Of a DNA stretch of 64,000 nt, positions 34,794 to 47,400 are shown in pieces. The stretch is from the IMG/VR virus record IMGVR_UViG_3300042691_022450. One strand, 5' to 3'. The translations under genes and the position numbers were made by a program. The notes under the pieces were generated by a model. It worked only from the letters and a program-made list of their open reading frames with translations. It was not told the origin of the DNA and did no database searches. This DNA is from a virus. Within the stretch, counting starts at the first letter, position 1. Each line of letters begins with the position of its first letter.

Positions 34794-37700
34794 ATGAGAA
34801 CAACTCCAGGGGCAGGTGCAATATTATTTCCAATTTTTGATGGAGATAAATATTCTGTATCAAAAATTGAAGTGATTGATGGTGGAGCAGGATATGCATC
34901 AACAGATCCTCCAAAAATTGAAATTGAAAATACTGCAACCCCAACAATTGAGGGTGTATTTTATCCAATAATTAATCATCCAAGCAATGGATCTATCGTT
35001 TCAGTTTTAATTGTAAATCCTGGTGAAGGTTATTTTCCAGTTACAAATACACTTGGTGAAAAAATTGGAATTGGAACCACGTCTTTAGTGGAGCCACAAT
35101 TTGTAACTAAAGAATACGGTGCTGGAATTATAATGGGAGTGAGTGGTGGTATTGGAAGTGCAATATTTGAGAATGGATATAATGTAGCAATTAGTACCAC
35201 AATTGCTGGCATATCAACTCTAATACCAAATGCATTAAGTCGCATTTATGGATTTGGTAATCCAATTCCATCAACAACAAATGGAATTGGAACGGATGCA
35301 AAATTTGAAGTTTGGATTACATATGATGGAACACCAGCAGGAAATCCAATTTCAACTTCAATTATTCTCAAAGATGGTGGAAGAGGATATAGAGTAGCAG
35401 ATACAGTTTCAATTGCTGGAACTTATCTTGGAGGAGAAAATCCAACTCACACATTATCATTCAATGTTTCTAAAGTTTCAAGTACAGCAATCGTATCAGC
35501 AGCAAATGCATCATATACTGGTGTTGCTGGTACTACAATAGTTGGTGTTGGTTCTGGGGCAACATTCAATATATCAAGAGATTCTACTGGGAAAATTAGT
35601 TCAGTAACTGTTGCAAATGGTGGGAGAAATTATTCAATAGGAGTTGTTGGTGTTGGAACTACAAGCACATCATCAACTCCTACAGATATAATAAGTATTG
35701 CCGGAACACATATTGGTGGTTCTACACCAGCAGATAATTTATTTGTTTCACCAACACTTTTGGGAACAGATATACTCCCTGACATTTTGTATATAGACAA
35801 ACTAAATGATGACCAATTTAAAGTTTCTGGACTTTCTACAGCATCAGAACTTGATATAAGTCAATTGGGTGTAGGGACACATTCATTTGCATTTGATAAT
35901 CCAAATGCAAGTTCTTTAATTGCAATTGATAATATTATTCAAACTCCATTATACAGAAAAAATCTTACTTTTTCTTTATCATCTGGAGTTGGATTAGGAA
36001 ATACAATATATGTGACTTCAGGTATTTCTTCACTAACTTCTTTAGATGTTTTGAAAATTGATTCTGAATATATGAATGTCAGAGCAGTTGGAATTGGTTC
36101 AACAAATGACATTATTGTAGAAAGAGGTCAATATGGAAGTGAAATAAGAGCACACACTTCATCATCCACGATTAAAGTTTATAGAGGTGACTATAACATT
36201 GAAAAGGGAAAAATTTATTTTTCAACTCCTCCTTATGGAAAAATAGGACAAGAAGGTTTGAAAGTTAGTTCAAATTTTCAAGGAAGATATTTTAGTAGAA
36301 GATTTGACCCAGGAAACACCACTGACAAAAATTTAGTTATTGATGACATTTCTTTAGATTTTACGGGAAAAGCAGAAAATTTAGGAATAAGAACAGGCAC
36401 TTTAAATTATGATAGTCAAGATAGTATATCAGGAATAGACACTACTAGTTTGGAGATTGGTGATACATTAAATTTAGAGTATTCTACTCCTTTTTTAATA
36501 AATTTAAATACAGTTATAAATTCAATTGGAATTGGAAGTATTGGAATTTCTCCAAATCATAATGTTTATGTGGGAATAGCAACTACCACATTTAATATCA
36601 GAAGACTTAATTTTTCTTTGAAAACCGATAATGAAATAATATCTGGAATTTACACAAATACTAATAGTTCTACTGATATAAACAACAATCCAATTATTTT
36701 AATAAACAACATCCCCCAAGTAGCAGAAAAAGATTTTAAAATAGATACACCAGGCAACAATACGATCAAATTCATCAGTGGAGTTCCAAATGCTGGAAGA
36801 ATAGTTAGAGTTGCAATTACTACTGGTTTTGGTTATCAACCCCTTGTAGGTGCCTCTGCAACGGTTTCTGTTTCTTCTGCTGGCACAATATCAAGTATTT
36901 CTTTAACTGGGGCAGGAAGTGGTTATAGAACTGCTCCTGTGATTAGTATTGCTTCAACAGTTGGATCTGGTGCTACGATTACTGCGACAATCGGTACTGG
37001 AGGAACGGTAACTTCTCTGAGCATAGTAAATGCAGGAACTGGTTATACTACAAATATACTTCCACAAATAAACATACCAATTCCACCAAACTATAGTGAT
37101 TTGAGTACAACTTATGCAGGAATTTCAACAGGAAGTGGAGAAGGGGCAAAAGTATCAGTAATTGTTGGAAATGGTTCCAGTGTAACTGGTTTTACTTTAG
37201 AAGATCCAGGAAGTGGTTATAAAGTTGGTGAAATTTTAGTTGTTCCAGGAATTACAACCAATCCAACTGTTGGTGCTGGTTTTAGTGAATTTAGAATTAC
37301 TATTGAAGAAACATTTACTGATAAATTTGGAGGGTTTTATCCTGGCCAATTTATTAAATTTGATGATCCATCAAAATATTTTACAGGAACAAAGAGAAAA
37401 TTTGATTTGCTGATAGATAAAGAATCAATTTCATTAAAAACAAGTCCATTATCAGATTTAAAAGTTGAGAATAATTTCTTTGTGTTTATTAACGATATTA
37501 TACAAGTTCCAAATTTATCTTATAAAATAGTTGGTTCCAGAATAATCTTTACAGAAGCACCAAAAAAAGACTCAAAATGTTTAATTTTATTCTATAGAGG
37601 TTCAGATTTAGACGTAGACCAAGTTGACCCACCAAAAACATTAAAAGAAGGAGATATAATTCAAATACAACAAAACAAATTTGAACTGACACAAAGAGAA

Positions 37701-39803
37701 CAATTTGAAAGAGTAATTAAAAAGATTATTTCTTCAGATCAGTTTGATACTTTTACTTATGATAGTTTGGGAATAAATACTGATCCAAAAAAATCAAGAC
37801 CATTAAAATGGACAAAACAAACAAAAGATAGAATTATTAATGGGGTCTTATATTCTAAACAACGACCAGATTTAAAATCAAGGGTAACTCCAAAAACTCA
37901 AATAATTAAATCAGTATCAAAAACAGATACAAAAATTTATGTAAATAATGCATTTCCTTTATTTTCTATAGATGAAAATTTAAATTTAAAAGAAGAACTA
38001 AGAGATGTTGTATTGATATCAAATAAAGATTTTACAATTTCCACTGGTACGGCTGTAGTATCAGCAGCATCAACGATTTCTGGTGTCTCAATTACTAGTG
38101 GTGGTTCTGGATATGAACCTTCAAGTCAACCAGATATTTCTATATCTTCGGCATTTATATCCAAAAAAGATCCAATTTATAATTGGCAAAAAACAAGTGG
38201 AATAAACACTTCTTTTAATTTCAATTCAGTAATTTATGGCAATAAATTTGTTGCTATTGGAAGTAGTAGTTTATTGGGAATTAGTGAAGATGGAAAATCT
38301 TGGACAACCTCTAATGTTGGTTTCGGCACAACAGTATCATTCAATTCAATATCTTTCGCATCAACATCAAATACTTATGTTGCTGTCGGAGATACAGGAA
38401 AAATTATTAAATCTGTTGGTTTATCCTCTTGGACTGAATATAATTTAGTACAAAAAATATCTTTCAATTCAAGCAATATAGATGTAAATGATGTTGAAAC
38501 TGAACCAAGTTTATTTGAAGGAGGGTTCAATGATATTACATATTCACCAATAAAAGATACTTTCATTGCAGTTGGATCTACCTGCATTTTTTCTTCCATT
38601 GGAACTGGTTCTACACAATTTGTAAAAAATAGTTTTAATTCACAAAATAATTTAAATAGTGCATCCAATAATAATTCAGTATTTGTTGTAGTTGGGGATA
38701 ATGGTAGAGTTTCTTATTCAATAAATGAAAATATTTGGAAGTCTGTCACTAATTTCACTAATGAGAATTTAAACAAAGTTATTTGGGATGGTTCTAAATT
38801 TGTAATTGTCGGAAACAATTCAATCATAGCAACTTCCGAAACTGGAATAGATTGGTCATTGCAACAGAGTGTAAATATTTCTGTAAATATTGAAAATATT
38901 AAATATTTTGATGGAATTTATGTTATTTTGGATAATAATGGTGATTTATATTATTCATTGAATCTTTCCTATTGGGAAAAAAGAACAACAAATCAAAACA
39001 ATCCAATTAAAGATATAGTTTATGTGCCAAATTTAAACTCCGATGCCATAACTGTTGCTGTTGGGGTTGCAGGGACAGTAATTTATACAAATCCATCTTA
39101 TAATAGGGCATCTGCAATTTCCACAACAACAGGGGATTCTGTTTCATCTGTAACTATGATAAATGGTGGATTTGGATATTTGGAATCTTCTCCTCCCCCT
39201 GTTATTTTTGAAAGCATAACACCAAATAAGGAAAAAATTATTTCCATAAAAGCAAAGGGTGATTTTGGGACTATAATAGGAATTAATACTATAGGAATTG
39301 GACAATCATCTCTTGAGTTTATTTTAAAATCAGAAACTTATAATAACAGTGCTTTAGGTATTGGTTACTCTTCTCTTAATGTATTTGGAATAAATTATAC
39401 TCAATTGACGGTAGGTGATTATTTTGTAATTTTTGATAGTAATGTAATAACTGGTTATGCTCTCACCGGAATTTCCACAATAACTGGAACGATTGTTGGA
39501 TCTTCTGGTGTATCAACAAATACTATTAATGGAGTTTATAGAGCAGAAAATGTAATTGTTGATGCTAATGTTGGTATTGTAACCGTTAGGTGTGATTTTG
39601 TTGTAGTTTCCGGTGGAGTAGACAAAGCAATTAGTACAGGAATTAATACTACTGGATTTTATGGTAGGTATACTTGGGGTCAAATATATGATTATCAAAA
39701 CAGAGCAAGAGAAAATCCAAAACAATTTAGTGTAAATACAAGAGATGGATTAGTTGGTTTATCAACCGCACCAGAGATTTATAGGACTCGTGGTTTAGTT
39801 TAG
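34794..39803 (+). CDS. Baseplate wedge protein, probable C-terminal part of split gp7 (1669 aa)
   Basis: IDNIIQTP, IYFSTPP, DDIS..F.G, LINNIPQ, GFGYQPL, many GSGY repeats, YG.YTWG...GLSTAP end. Lies before gp8; TAAATA at 34759. Confidence 0.75.
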   Translation: MRTTPGAGAILFPIFDGDKYSVSKIEVIDGGAGYASTDPPKIEIENTATPTIEGVFYPIINHPSNGSIVSVLIVNPGEGYFPVTNTLGEKIGIGTTSLVEPQFVTKEYGAGIIMGVSGGIGSAIFENGYNVAISTTIAGISTLIPNALSRIYGFGNPIPSTTNGIGTDAKFEVWITYDGTPAGNPISTSIILKDGGRGYRVADTVSIAGTYLGGENPTHTLSFNVSKVSSTAIVSAANASYTGVAGTTIVGVGSGATFNISRDSTGKISSVTVANGGRNYSIGVVGVGTTSTSSTPTDIISIAGTHIGGSTPADNLFVSPTLLGTDILPDILYIDKLNDDQFKVSGLSTASELDISQLGVGTHSFAFDNPNASSLIAIDNIIQTPLYRKNLTFSLSSGVGLGNTIYVTSGISSLTSLDVLKIDSEYMNVRAVGIGSTNDIIVERGQYGSEIRAHTSSSTIKVYRGDYNIEKGKIYFSTPPYGKIGQEGLKVSSNFQGRYFSRRFDPGNTTDKNLVIDDISLDFTGKAENLGIRTGTLNYDSQDSISGIDTTSLEIGDTLNLEYSTPFLINLNTVINSIGIGSIGISPNHNVYVGIATTTFNIRRLNFSLKTDNEIISGIYTNTNSSTDINNNPIILINNIPQVAEKDFKIDTPGNNTIKFISGVPNAGRIVRVAITTGFGYQPLVGASATVSVSSAGTISSISLTGAGSGYRTAPVISIASTVGSGATITATIGTGGTVTSLSIVNAGTGYTTNILPQINIPIPPNYSDLSTTYAGISTGSGEGAKVSVIVGNGSSVTGFTLEDPGSGYKVGEILVVPGITTNPTVGAGFSEFRITIEETFTDKFGGFYPGQFIKFDDPSKYFTGTKRKFDLLIDKESISLKTSPLSDLKVENNFFVFINDIIQVPNLSYKIVGSRIIFTEAPKKDSKCLILFYRGSDLDVDQVDPPKTLKEGDIIQIQQNKFELTQREQFERVIKKIISSDQFDTFTYDSLGINTDPKKSRPLKWTKQTKDRIINGVLYSKQRPDLKSRVTPKTQIIKSVSKTDTKIYVNNAFPLFSIDENLNLKEELRDVVLISNKDFTISTGTAVVSAASTISGVSITSGGSGYEPSSQPDISISSAFISKKDPIYNWQKTSGINTSFNFNSVIYGNKFVAIGSSSLLGISEDGKSWTTSNVGFGTTVSFNSISFASTSNTYVAVGDTGKIIKSVGLSSWTEYNLVQKISFNSSNIDVNDVETEPSLFEGGFNDITYSPIKDTFIAVGSTCIFSSIGTGSTQFVKNSFNSQNNLNSASNNNSVFVVVGDNGRVSYSINENIWKSVTNFTNENLNKVIWDGSKFVIVGNNSIIATSETGIDWSLQQSVNISVNIENIKYFDGIYVILDNNGDLYYSLNLSYWEKRTTNQNNPIKDIVYVPNLNSDAITVAVGVAGTVIYTNPSYNRASAISTTTGDSVSSVTMINGGFGYLESSPPPVIFESITPNKEKIISIKAKGDFGTIIGINTIGIGQSSLEFILKSETYNNSALGIGYSSLNVFGINYTQLTVGDYFVIFDSNVITGYALTGISTITGTIVGSSGVSTNTINGVYRAENVIVDANVGIVTVRCDFVVVSGGVDKAISTGINTTGFYGRYTWGQIYDYQNRARENPKQFSVNTRDGLVGLSTAPEIYRTRGLV

Positions 39804-39832
39804 AGATAAATAAAAAAAAGTATTTTCACACA

Positions 39833-41404
39833 ATGCCTGCGATTATATCTGATCAATTTAGAGTTATGAATGCTGAGACTTTCACTAAAAGTCTTGTTGC
39901 AGTTGGAAACACCAATAATACATATTATACTTTTATTGGACAACCAAACGCTCTAAATCCACAAGCAAATGGAATTGCCGAGTGGGGAGCAAATCCCCCA
40001 CCACCACTTGATGGTTTTGAAGAAGAAAATAAAATAAAAGAAACCATCATATCAATGAAAAAGGTGACTCAGAGTGATGTGAGAAGAATGATTAGAAAGG
40101 TTGTCTGGGAATCTGGTTCAAGCTATGAGATGTATAGGCACGATTATTCAATCTATAATTTATCACCAATTACAAACTCTTCTTCATTGTATGATGCTAA
40201 TTATTATGTAATTAATGAAGATTTGAGGGTTTATATTTGTTTACAAAATGGAGCAAATCCAGAAAATTCTAGAGGTAGACCATCTGTAGATCAACCAACT
40301 TTTGTTGATTTGGAACCAAGACCAGCAGGAACTAGTGGAGATGGATATATTTGGAAATATCTTTATACAATTAAACCATCAGAAATTGTAAAATTTGATT
40401 CTATTGAGTTTATTCCAGTTCCAGAAGATTGGGGAACAGTCGGAGAGAGTATATCAACAAAAAATAATGCAATTGATGGAAAAATAGAAATCATTAATAT
40501 CAAAAATAGAGGTTCTGGGTATAGTCCAATTTCTCAAACTTTTACAAATATTCCTATTCTTGGAGATGGGACTGGAGGAAAGGCAACAATTACGGTAGAT
40601 TCTTTTGGGAAAGTTTCTGATATTTTTGTGAGTGATGGTGGAACTGGATACACAAAAGGTATAATCAAATTTGAACCAGGAGCACCTTCAATAACACAAA
40701 ATTTAAGTAATACTGGAACAAATGCTACATTTGAAGTTATTGTTCCACCAAAAGGTGGTCACGGATATGATATTTATAGAGAGTTGGGTGCATATAGGGC
40801 ATTAGTTTATTCAAGATTTTCTACAGATTCTACAAATCCAGATACAATTATAGGAAATGATTTTGCTAGAATTGGAATTATAAAAAATCCAACTAAAAGT
40901 GGAAGTGCTGTAGAAAAATTAGAAACTGCCGAAGTAAGTGCGATGAAAGCATTGAAATTGACTGGTTCAGCAACTAGTACAACAACTTATGCAGTAGATT
41001 CAGTAATTACTCAACAAGTAAGTACTGGAGTTACTGCAATAGGTTTTGTTGCTGCTTGGGATAATGTCACAGGAGTTTTGAAATACTATCAACCTGTAGG
41101 ACTAGCAACTGAGGGTGTTGGATATAACATAAATCAATTCACATCTTCTCCTGGTTCTGGTGGAAGTTTAACAATTGTTGGATCTTCAATGAATGGTTCT
41201 TCATTAACAATTGATAGTGGATTTACTGGATTAAGTACAGTAATAAATAATACTACATACCAATTGGGAAGTTATTTTACGTCTGGCATTTCATCGTCTG
41301 AATATAATAATAAATCCGGTGAAATTATATACATTGACAATAGATTCCCTGTACCAAGATCAAAAAGCCAAAAAGAAGATATTAAAATCGTCCTGGAGTT
41401 TTAA
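39833..41404 (+). CDS. gp8: Baseplate wedge subunit gp8
   Basis: MPAIISDQFR, YEMYRHDY, VYICL.NG, DGYIWKYLYTI, PKGGHG, SGEIIYIDNR, QKEDIKIVLEF. Confidence 0.9.
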   Translation: MPAIISDQFRVMNAETFTKSLVAVGNTNNTYYTFIGQPNALNPQANGIAEWGANPPPPLDGFEEENKIKETIISMKKVTQSDVRRMIRKVVWESGSSYEMYRHDYSIYNLSPITNSSSLYDANYYVINEDLRVYICLQNGANPENSRGRPSVDQPTFVDLEPRPAGTSGDGYIWKYLYTIKPSEIVKFDSIEFIPVPEDWGTVGESISTKNNAIDGKIEIINIKNRGSGYSPISQTFTNIPILGDGTGGKATITVDSFGKVSDIFVSDGGTGYTKGIIKFEPGAPSITQNLSNTGTNATFEVIVPPKGGHGYDIYRELGAYRALVYSRFSTDSTNPDTIIGNDFARIGIIKNPTKSGSAVEKLETAEVSAMKALKLTGSATSTTTYAVDSVITQQVSTGVTAIGFVAAWDNVTGVLKYYQPVGLATEGVGYNINQFTSSPGSGGSLTIVGSSMNGSSLTIDSGFTGLSTVINNTTYQLGSYFTSGISSSEYNNKSGEIIYIDNRFPVPRSKSQKEDIKIVLEF

Positions 41405-41409
41405 GTAAA

Positions 41410-44400
41410 ATGCCACAAAATACAAATTTAAATGTATCCCCATATTTTGATGATTTTTCTGATCAGAAAGGATATCAGAAAGTATTATTTAAACCAGGAA
41501 CTCCAATACAATCAAGAGAATTAACAACACTCCAAAGTATTTTACAAAATCAAATTGAAAAGTTTGGAAAACACTTCTTTAAAGAAGGCTCAATGGTAAT
41601 ACCTGGACAAATTGGTTACGATGATCAGTATTATTCTGTTCAAATTGATGAGTCTCATTTAGGTATTCCTGTTTCTTCGTATATAGAAAAATTTGTAGGA
41701 AAAAGTATCCAAGGAGAAACTAGTGGTGTTACAGCAGTAGTAGAAAACTATATTACCAATGAACAATCCGAACGAGGAAATTATACACTTTATATAAAGT
41801 ACAAAAATTCAAGTAGTAGTAATTTTACTACAAGATCTTTTATTGATGGTGAAAATTTAATTTCTCTAGAAGATGTAGATTATACATTATCTACAATTCA
41901 AAGAAACACATCATTTGCAACTGCAATTATATCAAATTCTACTTCTATTGGATCTGCGGCAAAAATAGAGGAAGGGGTTTATTTCATTAGAGGATTTTTT
42001 TTAACGGTATCCAAACAAACAACAATACTGGATCAATATGAAAATAGTCCTTCATACCGTGTAGGTCTTTTCATTGATGAAGAAATTGCAGTGGCCTCAA
42101 ATAATTATAGTGATTTATTTGATAATGCTCAAGGATTTTCTAATTATTCGGCACCTGGTGCAGATAGATTGAAAATATCATTATCTTTAATCAAAAAACC
42201 ACTTGATGATTTTAATGATGAAAATTTTGTTGAATTGATGAGATTGGATTCTGGTGTATTGGTTAAATTTGTAAACAATTCTGATTATAATTTATTAAAA
42301 AATGAATTTGCCAGAAGAACATATGATGAATCTGGAGATTATTATATCAAACCATTTAATGTTTTTCTGAAAGATTCATTGAATGATAAAGTAGGAAATA
42401 GTGGAATATATTCGGAAAAACAAAAAACATCTCAGGGAAATGTTCCATCTGATGATTTAGCTTGTTTGTCTATAAGTCCAGGAAAAGCATATGTTAGGGG
42501 TTATGAAATAGAAACAATAAGTAATATTAGTGTTGATGTAGAAAAACCAAGAACAACTGAAAAAGTTTTTAATTCATCAATTCCATTTAATGTTGGCAGA
42601 AAAATTATAGTTAATAATGTTTTTGGAACAATTCCAGTGGGATTTGGAACAACATCTCAGGTTTCTCTTTATGGTGATAGAACATCAACAGTCGGAGTAT
42701 CTTCTGGAACTAAAATTGGAATAGCAAGAGTTTATGATTTTAAACTCAAAAATGCTGAATATTCTAATGCTTCTACTCAATTTGAACTTTTTCTTTATGA
42801 CGTTCAAACATACACAAAATTGACTTTAAATTCCACAATAACTTCTTTAAGTACTCCAGCATTTATAGAAGGAAAGAGTAGTGGTGCTTCTGGATATTTA
42901 GTAAGTGCTGTTTCAAATTCTTCAGAATTGGTTTTATATCAGGTATCTGGTTCTTTCATTTCAAATGAACAACTCAAATCCAATGGAGAGGATTTAAATA
43001 GAAATGTATCTAGTTTAATTGATTATAATCTATCAGATGTACATCAAATTACTGCCAATGAATCGGCAGGAATAGGAACATTCACTGCAGATCCACTTCT
43101 TTCAGTTCAAACTCTTTTAGCACCATCTGGAACACAATTTTCCATCAGTTCTAGTGGCACTGTAACTTCCGGACAAGAAAACTTTTATGTGGGAATAAAG
43201 GTAGGTGATGTTGTTTCTTACACAAAACAAGGGGATATTGTCCCAACTTATAATAAAGTTTCCGCAATAAGTACCTCTGGAAAAAATATAACAATTATAC
43301 CAACAACATCAGTCTCTGGCATTTGTAGTGGCACTTTACCTGCAAGTAATATTGCAGTTAATGACTTTAAAAAAGTTTCATTAGAGGTTTTAAATAATCA
43401 AAATGCATTTTTGTACTCTAAATTAAATAATTCAAATATTTCAACGGTAGATTTAACAGGGTCTGAAATTATTATAAGAAAATCATATCAAATTCCATCA
43501 AGTTCATTTTCTTCGGGATCATATTCACAAATTTTAGAAACTGATCCAAATTTAACTTTATTGCCATTTGATGAAGAAGATTACAATTTAAGTTTTTCCA
43601 ATGGAACTATTCCACCATTAAATAACCAAAAACTAACCGTAAGTGGGAGAACTGTATCAATTCAAGGTATTACACCAAATTCCAATTCTTCTACTTTGAC
43701 GGTGACATTTAAAAAAATTAATGTTTCCTCCAGAAAAAAAATATACAATAGATGCTCTTCACTAATTATAAATAAAACTTCATCTGGAATAAACACTTCT
43801 ACTAATGGTTTAACGAAAAGTGATATATATGGATTAAGAGTTGAAGATAAAGAAATATCATTAAATGTTCCAGATGTAGAAAGTATTATTGGGATATTTG
43901 AGTCATCCACATCGTCAGATCCAATTTTACCAAACATAACATTAACAAACTTAAATTCAAATATTTTAAATTTAATTAAAGGAGAAAGAATTGTCGGTAA
44001 TGATAGCAATGCTGTAGCAGTGGTTGTTTCAAGCAATTCAACCAATGTAGTTGAGTTTGTCTACTTAAACGAAAATTCTTTTTACATTGGTGAAAACGTC
44101 ATATTTGAAGAATCAAAGATATCTGGAAAAGTAGATTCCATTTTGACCGGTGATAAAAATATAAAAAATAATTATATCTTGGATGAAGGTCAAAAAGTGG
44201 AATACTTAGATTTTTCCAAAATAGTTAGAAAAAGTGAATTTTCTTCGCCAACAAAAAAACTTAAAATAATTTTTAACAACTATACAATAAATTCAACAGA
44301 TGATGGAGATTTGGTTAGTGTAGATTCATACGATAAAGAAAGATATGGAAAAGATATTTCTTTTGTTGGTTCAAATAGTTTAAGTGATGTTATTGATTTG

Positions 44401-47400
44401 AGACCAAGAGTTGCTCCATATTCAGGTACATATTCACCGTTTGAATATGAATCAAGAAAATTTGAATCAATAAATTCTTCAAAAAATATATTCTCAAATA
44501 ATAAAGATATTAATTTATCTTATGAGTATTATTTGCCAAGAATTGATAAATTATATTTAAATAAAGATGGTATATTTTTTATCAGCAAGGGAATTCCATC
44601 CATAGAATCTAAAGAACCAAATTCTTTGGATTCATCTTTAGAAGTTGCAACGATTAGATTACCGGCATATTTGTATAGTACTACAGATGCAACTATCATA
44701 TTATCTTCTCATAAAAGATATACTATGAGAGATGTTTCTAGATTAGAAGATAGAATAAAAAATATAGAATATTATACTTCATTATCTCTACTTGAATCTG
44801 ATACTCAGAATCTTTCAATTCGTGATCCTCAAACAAAATTAGATAGATTTAAATGTGGTTTCTTTGTTGATAATTTTAGATCATATAATGGTGGTCAAAT
44901 AAGAAGTAGAGATTACAAAGCAAGTATTGATACTGCAAATGGAATTTTAAGACCATCGCACTATACAACGTCAATTGATTTACTCATAGGATCCGAATCT
45001 GTTGTTGGATTGGGAACAATATCAAATCCAAACACAGACCTTCGTTTTGCAAATGATTTCGGATCACCAAATATAAAAAAAGTTGGCAGTCAGTTACTAC
45101 TCAATTACTCTGAAGTGGAGTATGTAAAAAATATATTTGCTACAAGATCGGAAAATGTAAATCCTTTTCATGTTATAAATTGGATTGGATCTATTGAATT
45201 AAACCCATCTTCTGATAGTTGGATAGAAACAAGAAAAACAAAAAAAACAGTTGATATTGAGGGAAGTTATCAGCAATCAATGGAACAACTTGGAGTTGAT
45301 AGTAATACTGGATTCTCTCCAATAGATTGGAATTCTTGGGAAACAAATTGGACTGGAGAAACTATATCCAATGGTCCAGAAATAGGGAGAATTAGTCAAG
45401 GAACAACTAATTTAGGAAACACTACTTTTGATCCAAGCGGATCTGGAAGGAGACAAGTTACTGATACAACTACATTTAGAGATGACTTTTTGACATTTAA
45501 TAACCAAACAATAACTAAAACTGGAACAAGTACAAGAGAAGGTATTCAATATAAAGTATCAGAAAAATTTGATTCAACTAATTTGGGAGATAGAGTAGTT
45601 TCCAGAGAAATCATTAAAAAAATGAGATCCAGAAACATTGAAATTATTGCAAGAAGATTAAAGCCTTCTTCTAGATTTTATTGCTTTTTTGATAACGTAG
45701 ATTTGACTTCTTATGTAATCCCAAAACTTTTAGAAGTTTCTATGAGTAGTGGTACTTTTTCTCCAGGAGAAACAGTAATTGGCACTTTGGGCACAAAAAG
45801 CATAAGGTTTAGACTCTCTCAACAAAACCACAAATATGGACCATACGATTCTGCAACAGAAGTGTATGTAGAGAACCCATATCAACCAGAAAATACATTA
45901 TCTAGTTCTTATTCATCAACAACAACCATTTTAAATGTTGATACTGCTAGTTTATCAATAAATTCTGAATCTAATTTTTATGGGTCATTAATTCAGGGAA
46001 TGCAAATTGTTGGCCAAACTAGTAATGCAATTGCAACTGTCTCTGAGATTAGATTGGTAAGTGATTTTTCTGGAGTCTTTATTGGATCTGTATTGATCCC
46101 CGATTCTACTATCCCATCAACACCTTCGTTTGAAACTGGAACAAAGACTCTTGTTTTGACAACTAGTTCTACAAATTCTACAGTTGTGACCTCAAATGAA
46201 AGTACTGCAGAAACTAATTTTTATTCAGAAGGCACTTTAGATAATGTTGAAAATTCAACTCTTCGTATAAGAAATGCAAATATAGAAAGATTACCACAAT
46301 CAGAAACAATATTAGCATCAGAAACTGAAACTAGATTAGTATCAAGTAACACTTCAGAAAACAGAACAACAACAAGTCAAAGATGGGTTGATCCATTAGC
46401 ACAATCATTTGAAGTTGCAGATAGAAATGGAGTATTCATAACAAAATGTGATATTTTCTTCAAAACAAAAGACACTAAAGGAGTTCCGGTAACTCTTCAA
46501 ATTAGATCTATGAGGGATGGGACTCCAACTCAAGAAATTCTTCCTTTTGGTGAAATCGTATTGAATGCAAGTGATGTAAACATTTCTGAAGATGGAACTG
46601 TCCCCACTACATTCACATTCCCATCTCCAATTTACCTTGAATCAGTAGGTAGTGGATATGCAATTGTATTAGTTTCATCTTCAAATGAATATAATGTTTG
46701 GATTTCTAGAATGGGTGAAACTGATATTTCTACAATTGACAAACCAGATTCTGAGAAAATAATTGTTTCCCAACAACCAACTCTTGGGTCTTTATTTAAA
46801 TCACAAAATGGTTCTACTTGGGAACCAAGTCAATTAGAAGATTTGAAATTTACTTTATATAGAGCAGATTTTGTAACTTCACCAGCATCAATTAGATTTT
46901 ACAATCCAGAGTTGGCAGTTGGAAACAATCAAATAATTTCACTAAGACCAAATCCAATCAATACAAATTCAAATTCTGCATTGATTGGAATCGGAACGAG
47001 TTTATCTCCAGTTCAACAAAGTTCTTTGGTTATCGGAAATACAATAAGTCAAACAACCAATACTAATTTTACTGGAAAGTTAAAATCACTTGTTGGTGCA
47101 GTCGGGATTAATTCTGAATTGACTTTAACAAATACAGGAATGGGTTTTACTAGTGGACCCAAATTATATTCTAATATAAATTTAAAAACACTTACTGGAT
47201 TTGGAAATAATGCCAAGGTAAATCTTTTTGTATCTGGCGGAGTTGCAGTTGCAGCAACAGTAACTGATGGTGGTTCTGGATATAAAATTGGAGATACACT
47301 GACTGTAAATTCTTCTGATACAGACGGATTCGGAAAAAATTTAATTCTGACGATTCCAAATAGTTCTGGAATTATTTCTTCCTTTAATTCAATTATTGTT

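Noticed and set aside
31951-34794. gp7 split as a sequencing frameshift or intron
   Set aside because: The gap holds two intact fibre genes, and late promoters precede both the fibre module and the downstream ORF; no intron or homing-nuclease features.
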